The position numbers were made by a program, and so were the translations under genes. 64,000 bases of DNA from positions 102,054,001 to 102,118,000 of the forward strand of contig NC_087437.1 in NCBI RefSeq assembly GCF_036321535.1, read 5' to 3'. The notes under the pieces were generated by a model. It saw only the letters and a list, made by a program, of their open reading frames with translations. It was not told the DNA's origin and did no database searches. The stretch comes from Camelus dromedarius (Eukaryota). Every line of letters starts with the position of its first letter. Position 1 is the first letter of the stretch. This document shows, one piece after another, positions 12,721 through 25,945 of the stretch.

Positions 12721-14099
12721 AGAAATTATTTCAAATTTTGATATGTTTTATGCAGAAATATGTAGTGGTGCTATAAATGTATAATGGGGTAGAGCCTTAC
12801 TAAGAAAAGTCCAACCTGCATTCACACCTAACACTGTCACAGTACTAAAGAAAGACCTTTCCCTTCAAACGCCCGCATAAGTTAAATCCACCTGCCATTA
12901 ACAGTTTTGTGCCAGAAAGTTTTGTGGAAATAAAAATCAAAGTTGTGTGTTTGGATTCTGGCCAAGACGTGATGTTTGTAATGCATATGGCGCTCCCGTG
13001 CAGTAGCCTGGTGTGCGTCCTGTTGCCAGTCTGAAAAATGAGCACAGAAAGAGTAAATGAAATTTGATTAGCAAGTCTTCTTTTTTAAACAGATGTTGTG
13101 CCTGATATAAATTATTCTTTTAGAATTTCTAACATATGCCAAAGTATTTATCACAGATTAACTGCATGAACTTGCATGCTATTACCAAGCCTTCTGAGTG
13201 TGAAAATGGTTGCATTTTTCACAGTTCTGATCAAAATATATATGAGATTGGATAATTGTTATTCAGGCCAGAGAAACTATATTTAAAATCCTAATAAAAG
13301 ATTATATGAAACTGCGACATTTTCTAAGCCATTTTTTTATTTTTTGCCCTATTCAAAGGTACTGAAAATACGTTTTAGAATTATTATATATTGTATTACA
13401 AATACACCTTAATACTAAACATTTTTCAAAATTGCAAAAAATACTTGTATCTGCTGTTATCTTACTTCTGATTTTCTCATCTCCTTCACAAATGAGGTTT
13501 TTAGTCCCAGAAATTTCCTAGTACATTGTATTATATATTACGTTATATTTAAATTCATTATTCTGTATTATTGGTTTGTTGAAAATTGTCAAATACATAC
13601 TTCCAAATCAAGCTGGGATTTAGTAAGCATCAGATGATTTGAAACATAACAATGAAAATAGTGTTTTTGAAATGGATTTAGCTGCTTTCAGTGTTGGTTT
13701 ATATCTCATTTGGGGGCATATGAGATTGTGCACAGGACATGAGTAATTTTCCTATATCATGATAAATATTTTGCCCTTGTCACTATTGAAATTAAGTTCT
13801 TATCTTAAATTGACATTTTAAAAATATAAGCACTAAGGGATGTGTACCATTAGAGAGAGAGAGACTGGCTATTAGCATTAGGAGTGGCTATTCCTTGTTT
13901 TGTTGGTGTGCTTTGTAAGATAACTTCTTATTTGGGGACTAAAGCCAGAAGAAGCTAATAAAAAGAGGAGCTATATTTTCTCATTAACTTATTCTGTACT
14001 GCTTTTCTTTATTTTTAAAAGGAAATTAGACTGGGAAAAATCAATGTCAGAATTATATTGCTTCCAAGTAAACTCTGGATTGAGCCTGGTGAGGTTATA

Positions 14100-14113
14100 G
14101 TTACTATGGCAAC
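14100..14113. promoter_or_regulatory. RFX X-box motif
   Basis: GTTACTATGGCAAC fits GTTRCYATRGYAAC at every position, in apparently non-repeat sequence. Confidence 0.55.
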
Positions 14114-14854
14114 AGAAGTGTGCTCTTTAAAACAGTTTCCATCCTAACTACTCTTCTACTTATACTGAGTGATTTCTTCAAAAATAGGGCTCGTGGGGGT
14201 GTAGTTATGAGAAATTGTATTCCCTATAAGGATACATACCCATATAATTTGTTAGGAGTATCTGTGGCATATGGAGGTTAATTAGATATAAGTGTTGCCA
14301 ACATGAATTTTAAAAGCAGAGTATTCCCCCAGTAAGTAACCAAGTATGGAGAAACGTGAAATGAAGAAGTACCCTAAAAAGAGAACTCAGATGACACTGG
14401 AACTGATACAGACATCTTTTGGATTTATGAATCAATATGGAAATATCTTTCAGAAAGTGTAAGATGTTAAAAAAAATGTGTTTTATATGTTAGACTTTCG
14501 CAGGTCAAAATGGGTGAGTCATGATTAGCAAATTGCTTCCAAAAGATATGTAGCAATGATTTTCATTTACAGTACTTAAACACGTTGACGTAAAGAAGCT
14601 TCAAATCCTTTAGATGATAACTTCACACATTTTCATTACCCCTATTAAAATTTTAATATATTGGTTAACTATTTTACAACTTAGCATTTTGATATTTTTA
14701 TTTTCACCTAATTTCCAGGAAAAGTTACTTTCAAAATATTTCTTCTCTTTTGCGTATGAAAATGCTATTTTTAAGCCCCCTTGACGTGTTTTTTTTCCAC
14801 TCATGAAGGTTTTACTGGGCCAGCTGATAAAATAAAAAGCTTTCTGTATAGAAA

Positions 14855-14965
14855 GGAATGAATCTTGAATCATAAATCTATTACTTACTACCTAAGTGAT
14901 TTGAGGCAAATCACCTAAACTTTTTGATCCCCAATTTATTTACCTCCAGTATTTGGATAACAACC
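14855..14965 (+). mobile_element. MIR core fragment
   Basis: 'tacttactacctaagtgatttgaggcaaatcacctaaac'. Confidence 0.6.
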
Positions 14966-15014
14966 ACAGCTAACCATTTTGCTTTATTATATGTCACACA
15001 AAAACATATATGAC

Positions 15015-15397
15015 TATTACATTCATCAAATTGAGCTGCAACAAAGTCTCACAGAGTGGATGGCTTAAACAATAGAAATGTGTTCTCTCACAGTTCTGGA
15101 GGCTGCAAGTCCAAGATCAAGGTAATGTCAGACTTGGTGTCAGATGAGGCCTCTCTGGCTTGCAAGTAGCCACTTCTCACTATGTATTCAAGTGGCCTTT
15201 CTTCTGTGCACATTTGCGAGGTCTGGTTTTCTTCCTCTTCTTATAAGAGCACCAATCCTATTGGCTTAAGGCTCCATCCTATGATCTCACTTAGCCTTTG
15301 TTACCCTCTTATAGGTCCTGCCTTCAAATACAGTCATGTTCGGGGTTAAGGCTTCAACATACGAATTTGTGGAGGGAGGACAATTCAGTCCATAAAA
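15015..15397 (-). mobile_element. MaLR solo LTR (MLT1A-like)
   Basis: 'ggcttaaacaatagaaat...cacagttctggaggctgcaagtccaagatcaagg...ggcttcaacatacgaattt...caattcagtccata'. Confidence 0.9.
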
Positions 15398-18300
15398 GCA
15401 GTGCTCTGTAAACTGTAAATCACAGAATAGGTATTAATGACTTATTATTTCTGGTTGCCTTCTTTTGTGATGGGAGTGTCTCCCTTCGTAAATGATTAAC
15501 TAGCATTTCAGCTTCAGCCAAACTAGTCCAACCAAAGCAACAAACTATAAAATGGTCTTTGCTTGTAATATGTGTTCTAATCAATTGAGCTGACTAGACC
15601 ACTTTAAACAAACACAAATAAAATGGAGACTCTCACGCTTTTTAAAAATGTCACTTTTAAAAACAGTGGCTCTTTATCATTTTAAAGTAATGATATTTCC
15701 CAGTTAATATTTTTCCTCCGGATTATTAGCTGAGTCATATTCAGTAGTTACAAGTAGTTACATCATCATTAGCTCCCTTCCCTCCAGCTTAAGTGACACT
15801 CTTACATTCTGTATTTATTTCACAGTTTGCATTCACAGCCGTTGCTTTTTCTTTGACCGAGCTTCCGGTACAAGGTAGCTTGTGAAACAGAAACTGGTTT
15901 GCTTTTTAATGTAGGTGGAGAAGGTATGTGTCACAGGGAATCCTTAGCCAAAGAGATCACTATGAGGTCTGTACTTTGGGGCTAACACTCAGTAGGCAGT
16001 ATCACCAAAGTAGAAAAGACAGCCAGGACACGCAAAGCCTGGATGTTTTCTACCATAACCATGTCCCACGGACATGAACTTTTCATTCTGGGCCATGTTA
16101 TGGTTCCACTGTACATGGGACTCAGAATTCTCCACTAAGCGAAAACCACTTTTAAGTATAAAAGAGTATAAAGGCTTTATTTTCTCCCCATCTGTTTTTA
16201 TAAATATATTTTGAAACAAACCAAATTATGCCTTTGTGTAGAAATATCCACTGGGTAGAGTGGAACTGTTTTAGATTTCTGGGGGATAATGTGACCTTGA
16301 GAAAATACATTTCTTGTCGTTGAGAAGTCAGTCTACAGAGGGTGCAGCAACTGCCATGACAGGACTAACCTGCCACATGATAGAAACTTGATGACGATAA
16401 ATGACTGTGGAAAAAATTAATTTGGGGGGTAATGAATCATCATAGGCTTTACATCAGAAGGTAAAGACCATGTCCTTATAACTCCTTTGTCAGGTTATGA
16501 GTACAGGTCGAAACACCACTCCACTTTTTTTTTTACACTGAATGGAAAAAAGGCTGAATAATAAGAGCATAACAAGATAGAGTTTATACTGCAGCATTTT
16601 ATGCCATTTTATTAAAGTATTTTTTCTAGTCACTGTTTTAATTAAAAAGAAATATGCTATCTTAAGAATAAAATACACTGATTTTTATTTGAACTTGATT
16701 CTATTTCCCTATGGTTTATTGAGGAACGTATAAAGCATGCTAGAAAGCAGTAAGGACATCCCTATCTCTTGTAAATCTGACAGTGTTCTGTAAAACTAAA
16801 CCTGAAAATATAAGAGCAGTAATTTCTCTTTCATTTTGTACGATGTTGACACATCCTTATCTTAATTTTCCTACTTTTTAGTTGTTTGCACCATGCGCTG
16901 CTCTACATGTGATATTCATAATATTTGGGAGAATTAACTTGTTCTACATTGTCTATAAATCCACCTTTTCACTTAGAACATTTTATAGCATTTAGATTAT
17001 ACATTTTATAGCATATAGATTAGATTTTTGGATGTTTCCGTATTTAGTCAGTTGTTTGATAAGAAAAAGAATGATACATATATTTCTTTAATTGAAAAAG
17101 CATTTTTAAGCAGTCAAAATAGGGAAAATTTCATTTTAAATTGGTTTCAAGTTTTGTCTTTTGAAATGAACATTAAAAACTTCCCAAAGGAAAACAAAAC
17201 AAAACAAAAAACTCATGGCAAATGTGTATTTACAAATAAGATGTGGTCTTTAGTTACACATTTGAAAAATATAACCATTTTCTTATGCCAAGTATTCTCA
17301 CTTACACAGACTTTGTCATCATAGGGTAATAATCATATCAATCTATATATTCAAAGATATTTCAGACAACCATTTATATGGAAAAATATTTTTAGGACTG
17401 AAAAATGACTTATATGCAAAAGAATTTCAACCCTAAAAAGATAGCATCATTGATAAAATTTGTCTAAGCTATGAAATAAGAAATCAGAGGGGCTATTTTT
17501 GTGCTAAATTAAGTACTTAGTATCTAAACTTGAGAAGCATATTTAAATATTGCATCCATTATTTAGATTAAGAAACTATTTAAAAATATAAATCTAAATG
17601 TGTGAAATAATGACACATGATATGTATTTTTCAATCTGGAACTTTAACCATAAAAATCTTTTGAAAAGATTCAGCTAATACATGCCCTAATTCAGATACT
17701 ATGTTCTTTTCTTATATCTTCAATATAATGTTACTATGTCAAATATCAAGAAATTATCTTTCCTTTGTCTAAAATTTGGCAATATAATCGGAATTTTGTC
17801 TCCATTGGCAGATGCATCCTAGAATCACTTTTGCTGTTCAAAACCAACTATAATATTTGGCTGGTAGGTGTCCAGGGCTAACTTTTATGCACTACTCCAT
17901 GCAGTTTAGGGTCTACTAATGAATATTCCAGTTCCCCTGGAACTGGAAGTATTCCCAGAAATCGACTGCCACCAAGGCCCCAATAAAATTTTGAAACCTT
18001 CTTCAAGAGCATACAATTTCCTTTAAAATCAAATTTCTGTTAGTCAGTAGCTACAGAATTGCTCCAAACTGCTTGAACATCCTGAAGAGATAGCCCTAGA
18101 TACAGCCCTCCTAAGAGACTGACCTTTCTTATCCTGAAGGTGTTGTGCCTTTAATTCTGGTGTCCGTCACCAAGTAGCAGTGTTACAGGTGGATCTTGTA
18201 TGTCCAGCTTTCACACTGGACATGGATATCTGAAAACAGTTCAAAAAATTTTAATTATTTAGCTATTCATTCATGAATTGATATATAATTATGTGACTTT

Positions 18301-20476
18301 TCTCACAGCATAACTGTTGTTATTTGCTGTCATCCATCTTCAACCTGTGCTTATTGAGAGAACAGAAGAGGATGAGGTGAGATTCATGCTCACCTGGTGC
18401 TCTGTCAGGATAAGGTCAAACCAACCGGAATACAGTGGTCTCACTGAGTTGTGAAGGGAAAACATTATGTTTTGGGGCTGCATCATTGTCTAGAATTGTA
18501 TGTCAGGGTGCTGGAAAGGATGGAGCTCAGTGGGGTTGGGGGGTGCCATTCTGTATGGATTTCCCTGCTGGCTCTTGAGAACATTCAGTGCAAGACTTCA
18601 CAACACTTTACAAAGGAGCTGCTGTGAGATTAAGAGATGAATGGTCAGCCATTTCCAAAAAAGGCTGGAATTCTAGACCATCAAGAAGGGAGACACCTCA
18701 CAAAGCATCTAAGAAATTCTTTTGAACATCTAGAAAAAGCTTTTGCTTGAGAGAAAGGACAATAAGTAAAATGCTACACACTATGACTGAAGTTAGAAAA
18801 GAAATATACCGGCTCTAAAAATAAAATCAAGCCTTTTAGATAAAAGTTATCCAGCAATAGTTTAACTGTCTGGCAGAACAAAACTCAAAACTTTTTAAAG
18901 GAAGACAAAGATATACCATTTATGAATCACCTTGTTTGGTATACAAACAAGCCATGCAGAAAAGCAGAAAATGTTTATCACTAGATTTAGTCATTTTTAT
19001 TTAAATTTCTAAATGATTTTCCATGTATAGAATTACGTCATTTGCAAATGAGAGTTTTATTTCTCTCTCTACGTTTTTTTTTAATAAATTTTCTTTCCTT
19101 TTTTTCATCGCTTATTGAATGGGCCATGTGAGGAAATACATTGCTCTCTTTCTATAGATTGAGATTTTTTAAGAACACATCTTGTAATCATTAGAGCAAC
19201 CATTAAAAGTGATCCAAAAAGATATAGGTAAAAAGCCTTGAAGTAAATAAACTGTTATGTCTATATGTCTGTCTGTATATCTATCTACTTACCTATTCAA
19301 AAATCACAAAAGAGTTTTTAAAAAATCAAAGACAGGAGAGGCAAGGAAGGAAAAGAGGCACATAGAAAACAAAGAGCAAGAGGAGGCTGTAAACTCAAGT
19401 CACTCAACGATTACTTTAAAGTTAAAATGTTAAGCTGTCTATATGCTATAGGAGGTACACTTTGAGTGTGAAGACACAGGAGGGTTGAAACTAAAAAACT
19501 GGGAAAAATAATACCATTGTATAAATCATTAAAAATAGAAAAGTTTGAGTGACTGTATTATTACAGAACCATATGGATGTCAAGGTAAAGAGTACTGATT
19601 AACATTTAAAAAGTGAAATTTTATAATGGTAGAATGAAAAAAATCTAAAGAAAGTTATAAGAATCCTTACATGAATTCATCTAGAGAGATCTTCAAAATA
19701 TATGAAACTAAATCATATGGTATTAAAGAAAGAAAAAAACAAACCTGCAATCGCAGAGATTTATCACCACTGTCCCAGTGATGAACATAAGAAAACTTAT
19801 AAAAGGTTTGAACAAAAACTATGCAGTAATCAACATTTACTAAACACTTTACCCAACATCTACAGAAAATAGTTAACAAGATAGATAATATTTTGGGCCA
19901 TAGAAAATGTTTCAAGAAATTTCAAGTGAGTGGAATTTGCAGGTTAGGTTAAAAAACTGTAGGATACAAGGTCAACGTACAGAATTCTATTTTATCCCTA
20001 AATAGTTGCAGCCCAAAACTGGAAAACATTAAATAAAAATATAACTTACAAAAAAATCAAAGTACATTAATAATAATAAGGATGAATTTAACAAATGATA
20101 TATACAAACCTTCCACTAAAAATGATAAAACATTGCAGATAAAAATGTTAAATATAATAAAGAATGAATAATAAAGCAAAATACCATCCTTATTAGTTGA
20201 AGACAATACATGTTTAATGTTTCTTGTCCTCAACTTGATCTACAGTCGTAATGGTACTTCAGTCCAAAATTCCAACAAGCTATTTTCTTGTAGATTAAAA
20301 GGTTGATTCTAAAATTTATGAGGAAAACTAAGAAGACTAGGTAAAACAATTTTGAGAAAAAGTACAACGTTGGAGGACTCATATTACTGGATTCAAGACT
20401 TGTGAAGCAATAATTATCAGGACAGAGTAGTAACAGCATTAGAATAGACAAATAGATGAAAGTAAATATTAGAGAC

Positions 20477-20820
20477 TGTTAAAGTGTTTAAACAAGGAGG
20501 CCATTAGACTGAGGTGGCTCTAATGCCTTTGTAGCCAAAACCTAACCAGTCAGTGCACTTGAATCCTAGAAAAATGAAACTTAAGAACAGCCAATTACAG
20601 ACAGTTAACTAGGCTTCCCCAAAGAAGACAACTGCGTAAGCTATAGTCAATCAAATAATCTCAATCCTTTGCTTCTGCATCTTATTTATAAAAACCTTGC
20701 CTCTGTCTCCTGTTGGTGGAGTGCTCCTAACCACCTTAGTTCGGTTTGGCACTGCCAATTCCAGTCTGTGTACACTCAAGTAAACTCTTAAGATTTTAAT
20801 GCACCTTAGTTTAATGCACA
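20477..20820 (+). mobile_element. ERV1-class solo LTR (MER93-like)
   Basis: Starts TGTTAAA, contains 'ggaggccattagactgaggtggctc', CCAAT 20591, TATAAAA 20687, AGTAAA 20779; ends CA. Confidence 0.75.
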
Positions 20821-21373
20821 GATGGTGAGTAGAATTCATGTAAAATTAAGACTATGGGGTTAAGACCAACTGTATAGAAAAGAGCTTCAAACAGTATCTT
20901 CTACCATACACAAATTCATTCAAAAGGATTTACAGTCTCACTTTACAGTCTTAATTAGTCAAATAGTCTTAATACAGGCTAAAGATATAAAGCTACCGGA
21001 AGAAAACAATATATTCATAACTTTAGGTAAGGCTTGTAGTCAGCATACATAAAGAAATCCTTCAAATCAGCAATAAAAAGACATTTAAGCCAGTTAGATA
21101 TTGGCAGAAGATTTGAACAGACACGAAGGAAATTACACAAAGGCCTCAATAGTGTATGAAAATGTGTTCAACATCATTAACCATCATCAATCAGCAGGGG
21201 ATGTGATAAATTCAACTCCATGGTGACTAGTATAGCTAAAATTATATAAGACTGACAACATCAAATTTTGGTGAGGGTGTGGAGGAGCTACTTGGAGCTG
21301 GGGTAAATTAGCACAAGCACTTTTTCTTTTCCTTTTTTTCTTTTTTCTAAAAATTAAGTATGTACATTCCCTA

Positions 21374-21690
21374 TGAGAAATCTCATTTAAAAATGGAGTC
21401 AGGAATCCCTGAAAGGGGAGCTCAGACACCCATCGCTCTCCACAGGATACAGATCCCAGCAGGAAGAAAGATTTCCTTCTGCTCTAGCAGCAACAAGCTG
21501 CCTCCACCTTCAGCCAATGAAGAACCACCAGGGCCCCCCCAATTTCCTCCTCTCCTCTATAAAAGCCATCCCCTGTCCCCTGTTCTCCAGACTTGCCTGT
21601 GGTTTGCCATAGTCCTTGGCGATTTTCTGCTATGCCCAAATAAACACATTTTGCTAGTAAAATAACTGGCTCTTGTTTTTTAAGATCAAG
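21374..21690 (+). mobile_element. ERV1-class solo LTR
   Basis: Starts TG, 'aaaatggagtca', CCAAT 21514, TATAAAA 21558, AATAAA 21639; splits the L1 motif '...cattcccta|tgacctggcaatt'. Confidence 0.75.
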
Positions 21691-24199
21691 TATGACCTGG
21701 CAATTAAACTCTTATATATTTACCCAAGAGATTTTTTTTGTAAATGTCAGTAGAAGATTTATACAAGAATGTTTATAGAAGCTTTATCAAAACTCATAGA
21801 AGGGTCATACTAAAGCCCACATCAAATAAACTAAGAATCATAACAAAGAGACAAAATGTAATAATCGAAGAGCAAAATTATAGCAGGAAACAACTGCTGG
21901 AGGAAAACTGCAGAAACAGAAAACAGACCTTAGCTCTGAGGTTTCTGTTAGCCAGGGCAAAAAGTAAATATAATGAGCTACATTGATATTATTGTTTACT
22001 AAGAGAAATGATGCTTAGAAAGCAGATAATGTAAACTATTTCCTGGAATCAAATTCTATATATGATATTAAACAATGTAAAAATGATAAATTTAATGATT
22101 TTGTGTCATGCCTAGTGTCATTACTCTTAAGACTCCTTCTTCAATTTTCAATTAACAACAGATGAGAATATGATATTAAATCATAATTTACCAGAACAAT
22201 TTGATAGGGATTCAGAATTCTCCAGTTAAGAGTTTTGCTGATTTTATTAGTATAAGAATAATACTGGATTCACTGACACTTTTATCTTACTTCCTACTAA
22301 CAACTTCCCGTTAACAATTTCCCTTTAAACCTTGGTATTATCCAATTGTACATTCTTAGCATACTTCAATCTCCTCGTACTTCTTGACCAGTCACTGGTG
22401 ATCACCTGTGGTTTGACATGTATATATTCAAACCTTACCTTTCAAACTAGTCTCAAACACATAGTCGCAAACTCGAAACACCACAAAATATACTTACAAT
22501 CAGATAAATGCCTCAAAGTTGAAACTTCTAGTATCAAAGTACCTCAAATATCCATAATGAAAATATTAATGTCATGTATTAAAGTACCTCAAAGTCAAAA
22601 TACCCGAAGTGAAAATCATCAAAACTTGTTTATCCTTCTTTATTCACTTATCACAATAAATGATACTGCACTGTTTTTGAAACATGAACCATTAGGACTG
22701 TAGATTTTATTTATTTTTTTAAATAGAATTTTTTCACTTCCTCTACGGCCCTGAATCAGACTCTTCTTATCGAAATGGCCTAAGAACATGCCTTTATGGC
22801 CAAACATAAAAAATGGAATTTAATAACATGCCCCATTCTTCTAGATAGGAAGAATACAACAATTCAGAATAGTTTAATTCAAATCAGTGGTAAACTACCT
22901 GGATGAGGAGCTGTAGTCTCAAGGCAGACTTAAGAATTAGAAATGTTTCTACTTGGGCACAGAGAACTGGGGCTGTGAGACATCTACCTTAGTATAGCAT
23001 GGGCCAGCAGCTTCTATTGGTTCTATAAAAGAAGGCTCAACTTGACTCTTCTAGTTATTAGAAATATCTCTTTGGATTTCTGCAGGTCCAAACTTTGTAT
23101 CCTGATCAAATATTCTGGACTATATAACAATTTTGCTCCAGTAAGAAAATAACCCTTAATTTAATTTTGAAAGAGTTAAAAAACATAATTTGAGGAATTT
23201 AAAGTTAAATATAAATAATTATCATTATAATAACATTTGAAATAAAATATTTATTTCAGAAATTATCCACATCTATTTTGTTTTAATCATTTAGCATCAA
23301 TAAGAGATTCAAGCATAGTAGGGTATTAAATAATTTACTATTATAAATCAAGTTTAAAATATTATTGTGCAACAAATTCAAACTTCAGATTTAAATTTAA
23401 AGATAAAAGAGAACTTAAATTGTTGATATCATTGGTATATTCAGAAAGCATAAGAGTAACCATATTGACATGTTTAATTTATTAGATTTATACATGGGAA
23501 GGCTTTGTTTATAGGTGCTTAAAATCTAATATAGTGTATTTATGGATACATTTTAAAATATTTAAGTTAATTTAATTATACAGACTATGAACTTTGAAAT
23601 GTGCTTGCTAACATTTACTAGAATTATATATAATGTAATTTTTTCAAGCTGAACCAAAAAATATAAAAAAAAAATTAATTTTTTAATTTCAGTATATTAA
23701 ATATTAATTTTTAAAACTTTTGATGTCACAGATAATGGTTTTGTGTGCAGTTAATAAGCTGAGTTCAAGGAAACCACAAAGTTTGCATTTGTAGCTCCTT
23801 TTTTTTTTTCCATTTAAATTATTTCTATCATCTTTATAATGTTCTCCCTCTGGGCAGTTTTGTAGCCATTAAATTCTTGCTCCATTCAGTAGACAAAAAT
23901 AGTCTTCTGCTTAAAACACTTCAGTCTCTCATCTTTAACTACATCAGGAGCTTGAGAACCCCCATGGTGGTTATGAGTTTAAGTGCATCATCTATGGACT
24001 CACATGTACATAAGTATATGTATGTGTGTGTATTTATATATATATGCATTCTCTAGGAAGGGAGACCAATACTTTAATGAGATTCTCAAAGAGAAAGAAC
24101 AAAAATATAAAAATCACTAATCTTTAAGATCAAAATGTGAATCCCTTCTTTTCATAGAAGGATCTCTAAAAAAGCTCATGTTCCCAAATATCCTCAGCT

Positions 24200-24620
24200 T
24201 ATTTCTGAATTCTTTCCTTGCTCACTCTTGACACCTCAGCAATACTGTAATTAGTGTTTTCTCCGAACACTGTACTACCATGCAACTCTGTTACTTTGCT
24301 GGTGTTTTTCCATTTTCTCACCATTTCTTAGGATCCACTGTCTTGCTAACTCTTTCTCAATCATCCTATAGATTAATCTGAGAGGCAAAGTCATTGAAAA
24401 AATTCTTTGCCAAATCTTAAGTTGAATCAATTGGCCCATAATGCTTTCAAAGCTTTTTATAAGTACTTTGGTGTTGATTTAATTAAAATTACCTGTTTGT
24501 ATTTCTGCATATCACTAGACTTTAAGCCCCTGGAGTATTTTTTAAAATGTTATTTAGCCTAATTACTACCATAGAGCACTGAAAGTCCTCCCTGAAGTGT
24601 CTCTTATTTGAATTAGTGGA
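24200..24620 (+). mobile_element. L2 3' fragment (degraded)
   Basis: 'tgtttgtatttctgcatatcactagactttaagcccctggag' resembles the L2 3' end. Confidence 0.5.
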
Positions 24621-25184
24621 CTCTTGAACACCAGTCTCCTTATTTAGCCATGTTGATACAAACCAGCAGGAGACTAATGAGAATTTATTTTATATTGTTA
24701 TTGAAAGACATTTCCAATTGCCAGGAGTTAGTTTTAAAAGCATTGATTTATTTTATTGAATCTTTGCCTTCATATCCTCATCTTTCCTCTACACCTAAAA
24801 AAGACCAGAATTCGGAGAGAGCAAGTCAAGCAGCCAGACTGAAGAGGTTTCCCTGAATCCTGACACGATCTAAGAATCCAGCGAGAGCAGTAGGTACATC
24901 AGCTGAGTCAGCTGGATGAGGGCCAATGAACTGAATATTGCACTGAGGCTGACCATTCTGCAAAAGAAAGGACAGGGTAGACTTACCTAGCCATTCTTTT
25001 CCTGTGTTATGCAACTGGGTTAGGCAACATACTTGTTGTCTTCTGCTCATAAATCATATTCTTTCTTTCATCCTCATAAGCCCCTTCTAAACTATGTCCC
25101 TGCCTTTCTGAAGGCAGAACAAACTAGTCCTTGCTTCTACCTATTGGTGACCGTATCTGCCTAAGATTGTTCCAGTTATCATTA

Positions 25185-25945
25185 TAAGAATACAAGTTCA
25201 AGCCACAGTGAGATATCACTACACACCAATACTAATGTCAAAGAGGAAAAAAAAAAAAAACTTACAATGCGTTGTGCTAACAAGGATGTGGATCAGTGTT
25301 AACCCTCATATATAGCTGGCAACGATGCAAACGTTTTAGCCATTTTGCAAAATAGTCTGGAGTTTTCTTAATGAATTTAAACATACAATTACCAAATGAC
25401 TTAAAATCCCACTTTCCAAGAAAAAGAAAAGCATCTCCACCTAAAACATTGGATGCTAATGTTATAGTGGCCAGTGTTTATCTGGTAATTCATGACTGCC
25501 AAAAACTGGAAACAAATGAAATGCCCGTTAATTGGTGAATAGATAAAATCTATGCTATATCCATATAATAGATCACTACTTACGCATTGAAATAAAGGGA
25601 CTACTAGTCCACAAAACAACATAGATGAATCCCATATGCATTTTGCTAAGTGGAAGAAGTCAGACTCTAAAGGCTACATGCTGTATCATTCCATTTACCT
25701 GACATCTGGGAAAAGACAATATCATAGTGACAGAAAAACATCAGCATTTGCTAGGGGCTAAGAATGGGAAAAACTGATAGACTACAAAGTGCCACAAAGG
25801 AACTTTAAGAGTCATGAAAATATATCTCTATTGTAATGTTCATTGCACAATAATATGTATTTGTCAAAAGTCAGAACTTCACACCTCTAAAGAGTGACTT
25901 TTACTATATGCGTATTATGCCTTAAAAAGGTCTGACTTTCAAAAC
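25185..25945 (+). mobile_element. L1MD/ME-type 3' end
   Basis: 'ccacagtgagatatcactacacacc', 'aaaactggaaacaa', 'gctaagtggaagaagtcagactc', 'gtatttgtcaaaagtcagaac'. Confidence 0.88.

Larger units (their letters stand above)
18450..21800 (+). mobile_element. Old fragmented L1 (5' region, ORF2 pieces, ORF2 end) carrying two LTR insertions and an inverted piece
   Basis: ORF2-start-like sequence at 19370-19930; 'ggatacaaggtcaac' at ~19962; 'caaaattccaacaagc...ttgattctaaaatttat'; 'gatttgaacagacac'; 'tgacctggcaatt...tacccaagag'. Confidence 0.8.

Noticed and set aside
20477..21690. Possible two-LTR provirus
   Set aside because: The two LTRs are dissimilar and the intervening DNA is L1, with no primer-binding site or gag/pol
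22332..22703. 123-aa ORF with a repeated IKVPQ motif
   Set aside because: Non-ATG start; the repeat is a short local duplication (aaagtacctcaaa) in degraded L2-like sequence
23150..23720. Extremely AT-rich tract (possible matrix attachment or unwinding element)
   Set aside because: Composition alone gives no specific support; no periodic structure seen
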